Shown: positions 44,704 to 55,057 of the stretch, piece after piece
Numbering within the stretch: position 1 is the first letter of the stretch
Layout: every line of letters begins with the position of its first letter
Virus record (IMG/VR): IMGVR_UViG_3300030107_001017
Location: 1-60,325 of that record
Source of the DNA: a virus
Lineage: Duplodnaviria; Caudoviricetes
Length of the DNA stretch: 60,325 bases
Direction: 5' to 3' (one strand)
The notes under the pieces: model-generated
The model's database searches: none
What the model saw: the letters and a program-made list of their open reading frames with translations, nothing else
What the model was told of the DNA's origin: nothing
Program-made: the position numbers and the translations under genes

Positions 44704-46190
44704 CCCCCAGCGTCCACTGGATCAGTTTTCTTGCCTCCTCCAGCGACGCCGCCAGTAAAACCGCCACCGCCTATTGAACCGCCACCACCGCCCATTGAAC
44801 CGACAGTGCCACCACCTGTGCCCGCACTGGTTATCATTGCATCAATAGCTCTGTCCATAAAAGTTTGAGTAGGTGCGTCATAATCATAAACCATACCAGA
44901 CTCAACAGTTCCAGGTTGACTAGGCAAGTTTCTAAGAGAACTATCCCACCTTCCTGTTATGGCGTCATCCCCTACACCGAATGGAGTAATACTAGAAGCA
45001 AAAGGACTACTCCCCAATAAAACTCCGTCATATGTTGGTGAACTTAAAGAATCTACAAGAGCATCGACGCTTTGTTGTGTGTCCATTATTGTCGGGTCAA
45101 CGATCTGTTGTGTGTCTAAAAGATCTCTTAAAAATGCGTTAGTTGCAACATCTGTGTCTGAAAATTGATTCACTTCGTCTGCAACTGATTGGGCAAGTGA
45201 TTGTGGAGACAAAGAATCCATTATGTTATCTACTTGATTTAAATTTTCTGAGAAATCAATATTTCTAGCCCTTTCCATAGAAGCTCTAACATTCCAAGGC
45301 ATGCGATCTTGTAGATCAGTTATCGCTTGTCTTATTGGATTATCAACAGTTTTATCATCAACTCTTTCCAATAATGCCCCCGTTATCCCTAACGGATTAA
45401 CGGAATCGTCCACAAATTTTTCTATAGGAGCTGCTCCTCTGTTGAGAACATCACCTATTCTGCTAGTAATTGCTCCTACTCCTGGTATTTTGTTGACTAG
45501 GTCACCTAAATTGGAAAAACCTTTGCTAAAAACATTAGCAAATCTTTCACCGAATTCTGGTATGTACCCTAGACCTGTGTAAAGAGCTAAAGCATCTCCG
45601 GCTACGTTTGCTGCTGGCCCGATATTAGGATCATACTCAAAAGCACCTATTCCTTCGTTTGTTTGAAAACTAGAATAAGGGTTATAGTTTAGATTGTTCA
45701 TAAACCCAGCGTTACTGATTGGCATTGTTCCCATGTCTTGGTACGCAAGATTCCCCATTTGACCTTCTGTCATTGGGACTATGCCTGCTTGACCGCTAGT
45801 TACGGCAACGGGATTAGCTTGGTCTGTAGCAACTCCACCAGTGAAACTGTTATCTTCTACAGAATCATCATCTTCGGTTGAATCATCACCTGCGCTTGGG
45901 TTACCAGTTAAATATGGAAGAAATGTATCCCGCTGCATCGCCATCATTGCTGCTCGATCGTCTGCGCCACCTGGATCAGTCATTGCTGGGTTTATAAGAG
46001 ATTCTAAACCGCCTTGACTAGCAGGGCTACGATTGTACATTCTTATCAATGGGTTGATAGCTGGTACTTGTGGATTAGTCATATCTATACGCAATAAAGG
46101 CTTATTGTACGCGGATCCTCCTTGTTGAGGAGCTTCATACACCCTCATAGGCATGCCTGTTCTTGGATCAATTAGTTGATCAGTCGACAT
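44700..46190 (-). CDS. Putative internal virion (ejection) protein
   Basis: Last gene of the large-protein block after the nozzle; acidic with a Gly-rich tail. Confidence 0.55.
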   Translation of the reverse strand: MSTDQLIDPRTGMPMRVYEAPQQGGSAYNKPLLRIDMTNPQVPAINPLIRMYNRSPASQGGLESLINPAMTDPGGADDRAAMMAMQRDTFLPYLTGNPSAGDDSTEDDDSVEDNSFTGGVATDQANPVAVTSGQAGIVPMTEGQMGNLAYQDMGTMPISNAGFMNNLNYNPYSSFQTNEGIGAFEYDPNIGPAANVAGDALALYTGLGYIPEFGERFANVFSKGFSNLGDLVNKIPGVGAITSRIGDVLNRGAAPIEKFVDDSVNPLGITGALLERVDDKTVDNPIRQAITDLQDRMPWNVRASMERARNIDFSENLNQVDNIMDSLSPQSLAQSVADEVNQFSDTDVATNAFLRDLLDTQQIVDPTIMDTQQSVDALVDSLSSPTYDGVLLGSSPFASSITPFGVGDDAITGRWDSSLRNLPSQPGTVESGMVYDYDAPTQTFMDRAIDAMITSAGTGGGTVGSMGGGGGSIGGGGFTGGVAGGGKKTDPVDAGG

Positions 46191-46191
46191 T

Positions 46192-49179
46192 TTATTCTCC
46201 GTATCCGTACTTTAATGGCACACCTAAGTTTCTAACCACGTGACCGCCTCGATTAAGTGTCGGCCTGAGTTGTTCATCTGGCCCAAACATAATAGATTCC
46301 ATCGGGGTCATATCGGATTGTAGTGTGGGTTGATCTATTTCTTCTCTGTAAAATAATCGACCTAACTCTCTCACTGCTCCCCGCACTGCTGGGTTTTTCT
46401 GCCACCTGTCTTTCATTATGACATCGTATAGTTTGTCAGGGTCGGACAGTAGTTGAAGTTGTTTTCTGGCAGCGTTACCACCGTAAATAGTTTTAACCGC
46501 TGTAAGAACACGACCGGGAGTTGTAAACAAGCCCACATAAGCACGAGCTAAAGAATTTATACTATTGAGTAAGAAATGATCTTCTTCAGATAATTTTGCT
46601 GTGCCTAGATTATCGTAGGGTTTTAGTTTCTGAGTAATATCGTTTAACTGAGCTACGAATTTTTTACCGAACCAGACTTCCATAGCGTCACCATGGTTGT
46701 CTAAGTATTGTTCCATTCTAGAGGCGTTAAAAATATCTTGATTCAAAGAGCCTTTAGTTTGTGTTTTTTCCATAAAGTCTTTAAAAATATAAGACTTATA
46801 AGAATCAAGTAATTCTTGGTTACCGTGTGTTGTGACTGCGTCGAACAGTTCTCTCGTCGGTGTAACTTCTCCAGGCTTCCATGTGTCTCTGAATATTAAT
46901 TCAGGTTTATTCAGGTTCGCAGCTATAGGAGCTAAGTTAGTTGAACTGTTTATTTGATCTCTTGTTTTTGCTAGACTTATTTCATTTTGTTTGAAAGTCT
47001 TAGCAAAAGCTTCCGCACTATCAAACTGAGCTAGTTCGTCTTCGGTGAAAAACTTTCGTAAGATCGCACCATTTCTAGCCATAAAGTTATCAAAGGCTGT
47101 TGCTGATTTAGGCTTTAATACACCGCCCTGCTCAGTTAGCACTTTTTCTTTGAACTCGTTTTTTAAACCAGCTTTTAGACCTATCAATCCATCCGCGTTT
47201 TGGGGGTCTAGTAATATCTTGTTTATGTACTCAGGAGAGTCTAATGTGCCGTCAGCTCTTTCAGTGATGTTAGAACGGAAAAAATTCACTAAACCTTCAT
47301 AGGCTTGTTTATCACCTTGAGCATATTTATCTGCGCTAACATTTTGAATTTTCAACATGTTATTCAAGAGTCTATTGTTAAAGTCTTCGTTTAATTGTCT
47401 GTACGAAGCTTCCGCTGCCTCAAACGCAGCTAATGCACCTTCTCCTCCTTTTCGTTTGAGAGCGTCTCTACGAATACTCAACATACTGTCTCGTATGGTG
47501 ATTAAGTCATCTACGTTTTTTCCTAGGTCACTTTGTTGTCTTATTATTGATCTAAGCTCACTCAAGTCGTTCACAAAAACACTGTGAGGCTTCATTTTAC
47601 CATCGTTGATTGATTTTAAAATAGCCTGTAGTCTTTTAGCTTCTCTAGGATCTGCGAAGGCTTGTTGTTTAACGATGTTTTCCATACGTCTGACAGGTTT
47701 CAGTAATTTACTGTAGTCGTAAGGTTTTATATTTCCTTTGAATCCTGCTGCTGTGGCGGCTTCATCGTATGCATCATCTACTTGCTGAAGTGCTGTATCT
47801 TTCGCTTGTTGAAAAGTAGCTCTTATACTAGAACCAGCTGTAGCAGGGTCCATGGACCCTTCAACTAGTTCCCCGAATATTCTATCTGACTCAAGGTTTA
47901 AGTTTTCTAAATCCCTTTCTGCTTGAACCATTCTAGGGTTCGTATCTAAAGCCTCTTGAGCAACTTCTCTAAACTCCTGTCCTCTTACAGATCTTGCTGC
48001 TGCACCACCTTCCTCTCCGACTAACTCCCTAGTTATTCCTTGAGTTTCAAACGGCTCAACAGCACTCTCCATGGCTTCTCGTTCTTGAGCACCATACAAA
48101 GACCTAAGTTCTTCGCCCACATCTGTGGCTTTTTCTGCCTCAGCTCTGAGAGCTTGTTCTGCTCCTTCTACTTGACTAGATGTTATGGGTACGCCTTCAT
48201 CGGCTGCAGCTATCATAACTTGGGGAGAAGTCATTTGAGAAGTATCACCAGATATTTTATTGTATGACTCAATGAACTCATTTTCATCAAGCGGGAAAGC
48301 TCTTCCTGGACTCGCTACACCAAAAGCCATCTTAGCCAGTTTAAATAACCCAACGCCACCAATACTGAAAAGAGCTGTCATCCCAGCTTCTTTCATAGCT
48401 TGTCCATTTATATCATAGTCTTCTGGTAGATAACCTTGACTGTCTAACCAGTTTAAATTCTGTAAACGCCAGACATAAGTCGCTAAAGTTTCAGCTGCCA
48501 TGGCTGCTCCACCAGCAGCTACGGGATTACCGCCAGTGACGATTCCAGCCGTTAAACCACCAGCTATACCAGCCCCGACTTCAGCAACTAACGGCTCAGC
48601 AAACGCCAGCAGTTCTCCTCTATCTATTCCTGGAGGATTAACCACGGTGGGTTGGTTATTGTTCAATGGGTCGTTGAATATTAATTCATTCGTGTTGGGT
48701 TCTACTCTTACATTATAATCGTAAGTGGGAGAAATACCATGGTCCTGCGCATAATTTTTTTGAACCACTCTCTGCACATAGTTCGGGTCGCTGCCTACGT
48801 CAGAAGGTAAAAAAGAAATTTGACGGATTATGTCTCCCGTAGCACCGCCCGTAAAATCCACACCTGTGTATTCCGCTCTAATTTGAGGGTCAGCAGTCGG
48901 TAGGTATTTTTCTATGAAGTATGGGTCATCCGCTTTGATGCCAGCTTCTATGGCTTGTTGTTTCCTACGTCTATCCTCCATAAAAGTCCCGACTGAAGAA
49001 AATGGACTCGGGTTAAACCCTTGCTCAGTCTGGGGTTGGTAACCGAACTGAGTCAACTTTTGTAAATCTAGGTCTGCTAATGCTTGTTGTTGAGCTTGTG
49101 ATGATGCAGCTTGGCCTAGTAACCCAGCTTCATAGTCATCTAAAAGAGCATCAATATCTATTATATCGTTTTGAGCCAT
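46192..49179 (-). CDS. Large internal virion (ejection) protein
   Basis: 995 aa, helical, Gly/Ala hydrophobic hairpin, C-terminal NRGGHV motif. Confidence 0.65.
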   Translation of the reverse strand: MAQNDIIDIDALLDDYEAGLLGQAASSQAQQQALADLDLQKLTQFGYQPQTEQGFNPSPFSSVGTFMEDRRRKQQAIEAGIKADDPYFIEKYLPTADPQIRAEYTGVDFTGGATGDIIRQISFLPSDVGSDPNYVQRVVQKNYAQDHGISPTYDYNVRVEPNTNELIFNDPLNNNQPTVVNPPGIDRGELLAFAEPLVAEVGAGIAGGLTAGIVTGGNPVAAGGAAMAAETLATYVWRLQNLNWLDSQGYLPEDYDINGQAMKEAGMTALFSIGGVGLFKLAKMAFGVASPGRAFPLDENEFIESYNKISGDTSQMTSPQVMIAAADEGVPITSSQVEGAEQALRAEAEKATDVGEELRSLYGAQEREAMESAVEPFETQGITRELVGEEGGAAARSVRGQEFREVAQEALDTNPRMVQAERDLENLNLESDRIFGELVEGSMDPATAGSSIRATFQQAKDTALQQVDDAYDEAATAAGFKGNIKPYDYSKLLKPVRRMENIVKQQAFADPREAKRLQAILKSINDGKMKPHSVFVNDLSELRSIIRQQSDLGKNVDDLITIRDSMLSIRRDALKRKGGEGALAAFEAAEASYRQLNEDFNNRLLNNMLKIQNVSADKYAQGDKQAYEGLVNFFRSNITERADGTLDSPEYINKILLDPQNADGLIGLKAGLKNEFKEKVLTEQGGVLKPKSATAFDNFMARNGAILRKFFTEDELAQFDSAEAFAKTFKQNEISLAKTRDQINSSTNLAPIAANLNKPELIFRDTWKPGEVTPTRELFDAVTTHGNQELLDSYKSYIFKDFMEKTQTKGSLNQDIFNASRMEQYLDNHGDAMEVWFGKKFVAQLNDITQKLKPYDNLGTAKLSEEDHFLLNSINSLARAYVGLFTTPGRVLTAVKTIYGGNAARKQLQLLSDPDKLYDVIMKDRWQKNPAVRGAVRELGRLFYREEIDQPTLQSDMTPMESIMFGPDEQLRPTLNRGGHVVRNLGVPLKYGYGE

Positions 49180-51722
49180 TATGGTGCTGAGCTCGCTCGT
49201 TTAATGTAATCAACTATCGCTTTATACTCGGGTGAATTTAGGCCCAATGACTTTCTTAAATTAGCAGTGTAAGCAAGTCGTTTATCCTTGTCTAAGGTCA
49301 TATAGTGTTCATAAACTTGATGAAGTGTTCTCTGGCCATCACCGGAAAGCGCGTCGCCTCCTGGCAACGGTTTGCTAGCAGTTCCTGTTGGAGCAGAAAT
49401 AGTTTTATCGACCCCACCGTCCGTGGACACTTGTCTCCTGCTTCGTAGGCGTTCTCTTCTTTGGCCTATGGTTTCTGACCCCTCGGTCGGTGCGTAATCA
49501 TTATCTTTGGTTACGATATCCCTAAATTGATATTCCAGTATTGGTACTGTTCCTTCTCCATCTGGGTTTTTCATTTTAGCAGAGCTTAACCGTAAATTAG
49601 AATCCACATACTTATCAACATAGTCTATCGCATTAAACTCAAGGTTATTTAGAAGGGTTCTAAACTCTCTTTCTGATGTGGCGTAGGCACCTGCTCTTGT
49701 CATAAATCGTTTAATATCTTCATTAGATATGTCACGACCTTTTTGTCCCTCTAGCATCGCACTCGTAAGAGCTAATTGAAACACTAAAGTTTCTGCTTCT
49801 TTTTTCTTCAAACCTGAGTTAACTAAAAACTTACCGAAGCCGCTTTCTTCTACATAGTCTCCGAGACCAAGACCGTCTTTAAGTTTATCATAGCTAACAG
49901 TCTGACCGTCCTGTATGAATCGCCAGCCTTTGTCTTTTCCTGAGAAAATTTTACTGAGCTGATCAACTTCGTTTATAACCCTACGGCCACCAGCTGTCAA
50001 AGTTCCAGCCACACCGAAAAACAGAGGTGTACCTTGTTGAGCACCTGTGTCTAAGACAGATTTTATTTCATCTATTGTGGAGAGTATTCGGTTTCTATTA
50101 AAGTTTGCGGCTTTATAGTTTGTTTCAAATTCTCTGACAACTCTTGAAACATCTTTTTGACTTAATAACCCTGTGATAAAATTAGCGTTGCCAATAACAG
50201 GTAAACCTTTTTCGTCAAAAGCAATCAACATTTGATCGTCTATGGGGATATATCTGGCAGTACCTGCTTTAGCTTGGTCTCTGAGCACACTAGAGTCAAC
50301 ATAAACATTTTTATTGAGAACGGTATCGAATGCTGTTTTTAATGAAGAATTCTTAGCAAGGTTGATCTTTTTACCTTCCTGTTGAAGAGCTTTAGCCTCT
50401 ACTGGCCTAAGCATTTGATTAACACCGTCCACGTTGTAAAGTTTATACTCGCCCATCGTGTTTCCGACTTGAATATCGTCATAAAGACCTGAGTCAATCA
50501 AAGTTTTAGCTGCTTGGTCTGTTAGTGCTTTAACCACTTTATTACCAGCACCATCAGTAATTGTGAAGTTTTTTAAGACTTGACCTGTTTCGGTCCATTT
50601 ACCAGTGATTGGCAAACCATTCACAAAACCTTGTTGTAACTGTGCATCGGTAAGAGGAACAGGGAGTTGATACCCTTGTACTTTATACAAGTCTACATTA
50701 GGCTGCTTGGTTGCTAATGCTCTAGCCATGGCTCTTTGGTCTTTTAGATCCGCTATATACATGTTAGTAGCAAAATCCATGATACCTTTTTTCTCTGCTA
50801 AATCTAGACCTAATATTTTTTCTTTGTATTTTCTCTCTTCTTTATTTCTGGCCATGCCGTAGTTCAAAAACGCTTTAGATAAAGCACTACCCCAGCTCTC
50901 ACCTTTTTCACCGGACTGAATCAAAGCTGCACCCGCAAGCATGAATGGCAATGATTTATCTGGTTGAGGTATCAACTCTTTAAGATCGTCTACGTCATAG
51001 AATATTTCAGCTGCTTGTTTATATATTTCCAGCTGCTTCTTTAAGTCTTCAGGGTTGCCTGGATCGAATAAACTGTTCATACGTGTCATCGTATTCATAG
51101 TCTTTACAGCGTCTTCGTCATCCACACCGTTAGCAGAAGCTCCTACCATAGAAGCTAAAGCAGCTCTTTTAGACAAATCGTTCTCTATGTCTAAACCGTC
51201 TGTATCTTGATCCTCTAAATCTACACCATTATTTTCCATGGCTCGATGTATCGCTGCTTCTTCTAGATATCTACGAGGGTTGACTGGGTCTTCTAAAGTT
51301 ATTGTGTTAGAAACAAGATCAGTCATGGTGTTACCCTGATCTACAAAACTATCTAGTTCAGGAGACTCCTGTACCAACGATTCAATGCCTATCGGTGGAG
51401 GAGTTTGTTCTGGTAAATACGGTTGTCTTTGTGGATTAGCCATGGCTGAGGCATTATCCGGAAAACCGAACTCAGTAGTTGGTGCTGGTTGTGGTGCTCT
51501 TGGTCCGAGAATTTGAACAATTGTATCGGGTGCAACACCAGTCATTTGAGAAATCTCGTCTAAGGGTACACCCTCTCTACTCAATCGAATAATTGTTTGT
51601 TCGATAGATTGTTCTCTTTCTCTAGTTGGTGTTAAATCTAAAGAAGTACCAAAAGGATTAGGACGATTGATAAAATCGTCACTCATTCCGAGTCCCCTTA
51701 GTAATTCTTCTCTAGTCGCCAT
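49179..51722 (-). CDS. Large internal virion (ejection) protein
   Basis: 847 aa; position within the ejection block. Confidence 0.6.
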   Translation of the reverse strand: MATREELLRGLGMSDDFINRPNPFGTSLDLTPTREREQSIEQTIIRLSREGVPLDEISQMTGVAPDTIVQILGPRAPQPAPTTEFGFPDNASAMANPQRQPYLPEQTPPPIGIESLVQESPELDSFVDQGNTMTDLVSNTITLEDPVNPRRYLEEAAIHRAMENNGVDLEDQDTDGLDIENDLSKRAALASMVGASANGVDDEDAVKTMNTMTRMNSLFDPGNPEDLKKQLEIYKQAAEIFYDVDDLKELIPQPDKSLPFMLAGAALIQSGEKGESWGSALSKAFLNYGMARNKEERKYKEKILGLDLAEKKGIMDFATNMYIADLKDQRAMARALATKQPNVDLYKVQGYQLPVPLTDAQLQQGFVNGLPITGKWTETGQVLKNFTITDGAGNKVVKALTDQAAKTLIDSGLYDDIQVGNTMGEYKLYNVDGVNQMLRPVEAKALQQEGKKINLAKNSSLKTAFDTVLNKNVYVDSSVLRDQAKAGTARYIPIDDQMLIAFDEKGLPVIGNANFITGLLSQKDVSRVVREFETNYKAANFNRNRILSTIDEIKSVLDTGAQQGTPLFFGVAGTLTAGGRRVINEVDQLSKIFSGKDKGWRFIQDGQTVSYDKLKDGLGLGDYVEESGFGKFLVNSGLKKKEAETLVFQLALTSAMLEGQKGRDISNEDIKRFMTRAGAYATSEREFRTLLNNLEFNAIDYVDKYVDSNLRLSSAKMKNPDGEGTVPILEYQFRDIVTKDNDYAPTEGSETIGQRRERLRSRRQVSTDGGVDKTISAPTGTASKPLPGGDALSGDGQRTLHQVYEHYMTLDKDKRLAYTANLRKSLGLNSPEYKAIVDYIKRASSAP

Positions 51723-53413
51723 TATGAAAATCTATTAAATGCACCATATGCGGTTAAAGCTGTGCCTAGACCTTGCATTAATGGGTTAGTGTCATTACCT
51801 GTAGAACCTTGTGCTACTGTTTGTCCTCCTAAAGCAGGAGCAAAACCTGCGCCCAGGCCACCAATCTGGGCGAATGTCTGTAGCGGCTGGTTGTATTGAC
51901 CGACAAAATTCTGGTAAGCTAGGTCTAGACCTCTTTGATCCATTCCTCTTTGCATACCGCCCATACCCATCATTCTATTAATGTCTTGGCCTTGTAGTGC
52001 ACTTACACCTTGACCGAACCCAGCCATCTGTTGACCAGCACCACCGTACAGCTGCCCTAAACCAGATCCAGCCCTAAATAAATCAGTACCAGCACCACCG
52101 TATATGTTGGCTAAATTACCGCCCAAACTGCCTATACCGCCAGCTGTACTACCGTAAACTCCAGCTAAATTTTGGCCCATTCCAGCTAACTGAGTACCCA
52201 TTCCAGCCCTTTGACCTGCCATCCGACCTAAAGCCCCAGCCTGAGCTAACTGACCTCTTTGTCCTGCTAAACCCAGACCACCTAACGCTTGACCAGCTGC
52301 TAATTGTTGTTGACCAGAGGCTAAACCAAGACCACCTAACGCTTGACCACGTTGCATTTTTTGAGCTTCGGTCGATAGTCCTAGTCGGCCTAATTGGGAG
52401 CCTATGCTGGCTTGTTGTGCGCCTAGTCCTGCTAATAAATTCGCTTGACCTGCTTGGCGAGCTTGTTGATTTTCAAAAGCGGTTTGAGCTCTTCTTGCTG
52501 CGTCTTGATAACCGCCCGAACGTATCGCCCCTATTTGAGAAGCGGCACCTCTGGCTGCTGCATCAGCTAATTCCCCTGCTTGAAGCCGACTGCGAGAACC
52601 TCCAAAAGATCCTGCACCAACCTCACTAGCTCTACGAGCTATATCGCCTTGAGCCAACCCTTTCCGAACATCCTCCATGGTTTGTTGAACGACTTGTTCT
52701 TCAAATGGATTGTAGAAACTTTCTATACCTGCAGGGTCAAAACGGCCAGTAGCCCCATATCCAGTCATGGCCGATTCACCGAGACGACCACTTGCACCCT
52801 GTAGCATGCTTCTAGCTTCACGAGGGTCAAACTGAGCCGACCGAATATCTCCATACGCTTCTGAAAGATTTGCTGGAGAACCTCTAATCATTCCTTGAGC
52901 TTCACTTAAATCTGCGCCAGCTCCTGTTGCTAGATTAAATGCTTGATTTAACTGACCACCTGCTTGACCAATTTGTCCCACACCAGCATCATAAGCTGAG
53001 CGAGCTATCCCAGGAGTTTGTCTCAACAAAGCCTGAGCCTCGTCTGTGCTCATTTGTCCGGCAGACACAGCTCGGTTAATGTAGTCTCGAGTTTGGTTAT
53101 AGGCTCCGGTGGCTTTATCCAATCCTTGTTCGGTTAGTTGTTCACCCCTTTGATAATACGGTAAATAACTCCCCATACCTTCCGCTGTCATGCGGAAACC
53201 TTCTTGTTCTGCTGGTGTGAACCCAGCTATACGTTGTCCGGAATATGTGTACGGATTAGCTCCTTCTACACCAAAAGTGCTTAATCTATTAACAAGCTCT
53301 TGATTCAATAGGGGCATTATTCCAGGAACGCCCTCTTGACCTCCAGCAAAAAATTGTGCTAAGTAATTAGGAGGGAGCTGCTCTACTCTTTGGTATGTAT
53401 TTTCTGTTGACAT
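51722..53413 (-). CDS. Gly/Ala/Gln-rich DNA pilot / ejection protein
   Basis: YSGQRIAGFTP...FYNPFEEQVV...GSFGGSR; amphipathic GQA repeats. Confidence 0.7.
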   Translation of the reverse strand: MSTENTYQRVEQLPPNYLAQFFAGGQEGVPGIMPLLNQELVNRLSTFGVEGANPYTYSGQRIAGFTPAEQEGFRMTAEGMGSYLPYYQRGEQLTEQGLDKATGAYNQTRDYINRAVSAGQMSTDEAQALLRQTPGIARSAYDAGVGQIGQAGGQLNQAFNLATGAGADLSEAQGMIRGSPANLSEAYGDIRSAQFDPREARSMLQGASGRLGESAMTGYGATGRFDPAGIESFYNPFEEQVVQQTMEDVRKGLAQGDIARRASEVGAGSFGGSRSRLQAGELADAAARGAASQIGAIRSGGYQDAARRAQTAFENQQARQAGQANLLAGLGAQQASIGSQLGRLGLSTEAQKMQRGQALGGLGLASGQQQLAAGQALGGLGLAGQRGQLAQAGALGRMAGQRAGMGTQLAGMGQNLAGVYGSTAGGIGSLGGNLANIYGGAGTDLFRAGSGLGQLYGGAGQQMAGFGQGVSALQGQDINRMMGMGGMQRGMDQRGLDLAYQNFVGQYNQPLQTFAQIGGLGAGFAPALGGQTVAQGSTGNDTNPLMQGLGTALTAYGAFNRFS

Positions 53414-54672
53414 TATGCTCTCCCTAGGCCCATCATTGCAGCTTTATCTTCATTCATAGCCATCATGTTATACAAGGTCCGAATACCCTCTGAATGATTC
53501 CCATTACCCACTCCTTTGACAGCTTGTTTAGTCATGACAAACTCTCCGTCAGCTAACATAGCGGGTATTGTATCTTCGTCACCAGAACCACCAGAATCAG
53601 AAACACCACCCCCAGTCTTTCTTAAATCTAGTTCTGGTATTTCACTTCCATCTTGTATCCTTCCTCCGTTTTTGACATTAACTCTTTGAAATTGTGGGAA
53701 AAGTAATTCGCTATACTCTTTATTTCTCATAGCCTCTTCTATTTGTTGGGCGGTTGAGGCTGTAGTTCCGAGACTTGGACTGGTTGTCGCTACATACGGA
53801 TTCATTGCAGATACAGAACTGCCAGCAGATTGATATTGCTGTGGTATGGTGGCTGGTCTAAGTGGTGCTTGCAGATATCCACCTAATTGACCAGATGGAT
53901 CAGGCATTCTTGATTCGTCTTCTCCAGGTTCAAAACCACCGAGGGCGGCTAGTCCTAAACCAGCAGCCCCCATTTTTTGAAATGTGCTTAATTTATCAAA
54001 CGTGTCACCTATCTTTGGAATAGTTGTTCCAGGAGCTGTTTGTCCAGGAGCTATCATATCACCAAGATTAGCACCGACATTTTGGAAAAGTGCGCCAATA
54101 CCTTTAGCTTGTGTTGGGTTAGCACCAAAAGTGTACATTGAGTTTTGACTGAAAGGATTCAAAGAAGCTATTCCTTTTGAAAATCCTTGGCCGCCAGTTA
54201 ACCCCATTCCTTGGGCTATATTCCCACCGATATACCCCTGTGCAGCACCTTTTACCGCGCCACCGACGTCTCCTTCTTTAACCGCACCGCCAATACCTCC
54301 ACCAATAGCAGCTCCAGCAGGACCACCTATAGCAAAACCTACAACTTGACCAATGACAGGGGCAGCTTTTTTAAGAAATTTACCAATCTTTTTAAAAAAC
54401 CCGAACTCTGGGACTCCGGTCAATGGGTTGATAGAGTTTTCAAAATGGCCTACTTGATACTGATATGGGTTTAATTCATGTCTCTCGAATGCATCAAACA
54501 GCTGTCTTTTTAATACAGGGTCATCAGCGATAGGGCGAGGAAGTACCATTTCTCCAGGAGTTAGGTGTCCTATGGTGGTATCGCCATAGCGACCGTGAAT
54601 CGCTAAAGCATGACGTGCATCAGCTAAATCTTCTAAACTTTGTATACCTTGAGTCTGCATAGCTATGTTCAA
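53413..54672 (-). CDS. Internal virion protein
   Basis: GRYGDT..GHLTPGE, SINPLTGVPEFGFFKK, GSGDEDTIPAMLADGEFVMT; exact start uncertain. Confidence 0.75.
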   Translation of the reverse strand: MNIAMQTQGIQSLEDLADARHALAIHGRYGDTTIGHLTPGEMVLPRPIADDPVLKRQLFDAFERHELNPYQYQVGHFENSINPLTGVPEFGFFKKIGKFLKKAAPVIGQVVGFAIGGPAGAAIGGGIGGAVKEGDVGGAVKGAAQGYIGGNIAQGMGLTGGQGFSKGIASLNPFSQNSMYTFGANPTQAKGIGALFQNVGANLGDMIAPGQTAPGTTIPKIGDTFDKLSTFQKMGAAGLGLAALGGFEPGEDESRMPDPSGQLGGYLQAPLRPATIPQQYQSAGSSVSAMNPYVATTSPSLGTTASTAQQIEEAMRNKEYSELLFPQFQRVNVKNGGRIQDGSEIPELDLRKTGGGVSDSGGSGDEDTIPAMLADGEFVMTKQAVKGVGNGNHSEGIRTLYNMMAMNEDKAAMMGLGRA

Positions 54673-54727
54673 CTCCTGTAGCCATTAAGTTTAACTAATC
54701 CAAACAACATTGTATATTCTTTACAAA

Positions 54728-55057
54728 TCATAGAGTAATCGTGGTTGCACCGTTAAGTTTAAGTGTCACTTTTCCTACAGCCCCCGTAGCATACAGACCT
54801 CGATCGTTTTGAGGAGTACTGATAGCTAACCAGTAACTACCTGTCCAAACCTCTAAAGACTCATTGTTGGTGTTCCAGACTATACTTCCTTCGTTAAACC
54901 CTAGTTTTCCTTTTTCTGTGTCGTCGATCTGTCGTATGTTATCTGGATCAAACTCACCTAGGTTAAGTTCTAATACTCGAACTAAACGATTATACGTGTC
55001 ACTACTAACAGACTGCTCTTGTTCTAGTGGAAGTCTTGTTACGAGCAGTTTACTCAT
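54728..55057 (-). CDS. Tail-associated small protein
   Basis: Follows the nozzle; GSIVWNT....LEVWTG. Confidence 0.65.
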   Translation of the reverse strand: MSKLLVTRLPLEQEQSVSSDTYNRLVRVLELNLGEFDPDNIRQIDDTEKGKLGFNEGSIVWNTNNESLEVWTGSYWLAISTPQNDRGLYATGAVGKVTLKLNGATTITL

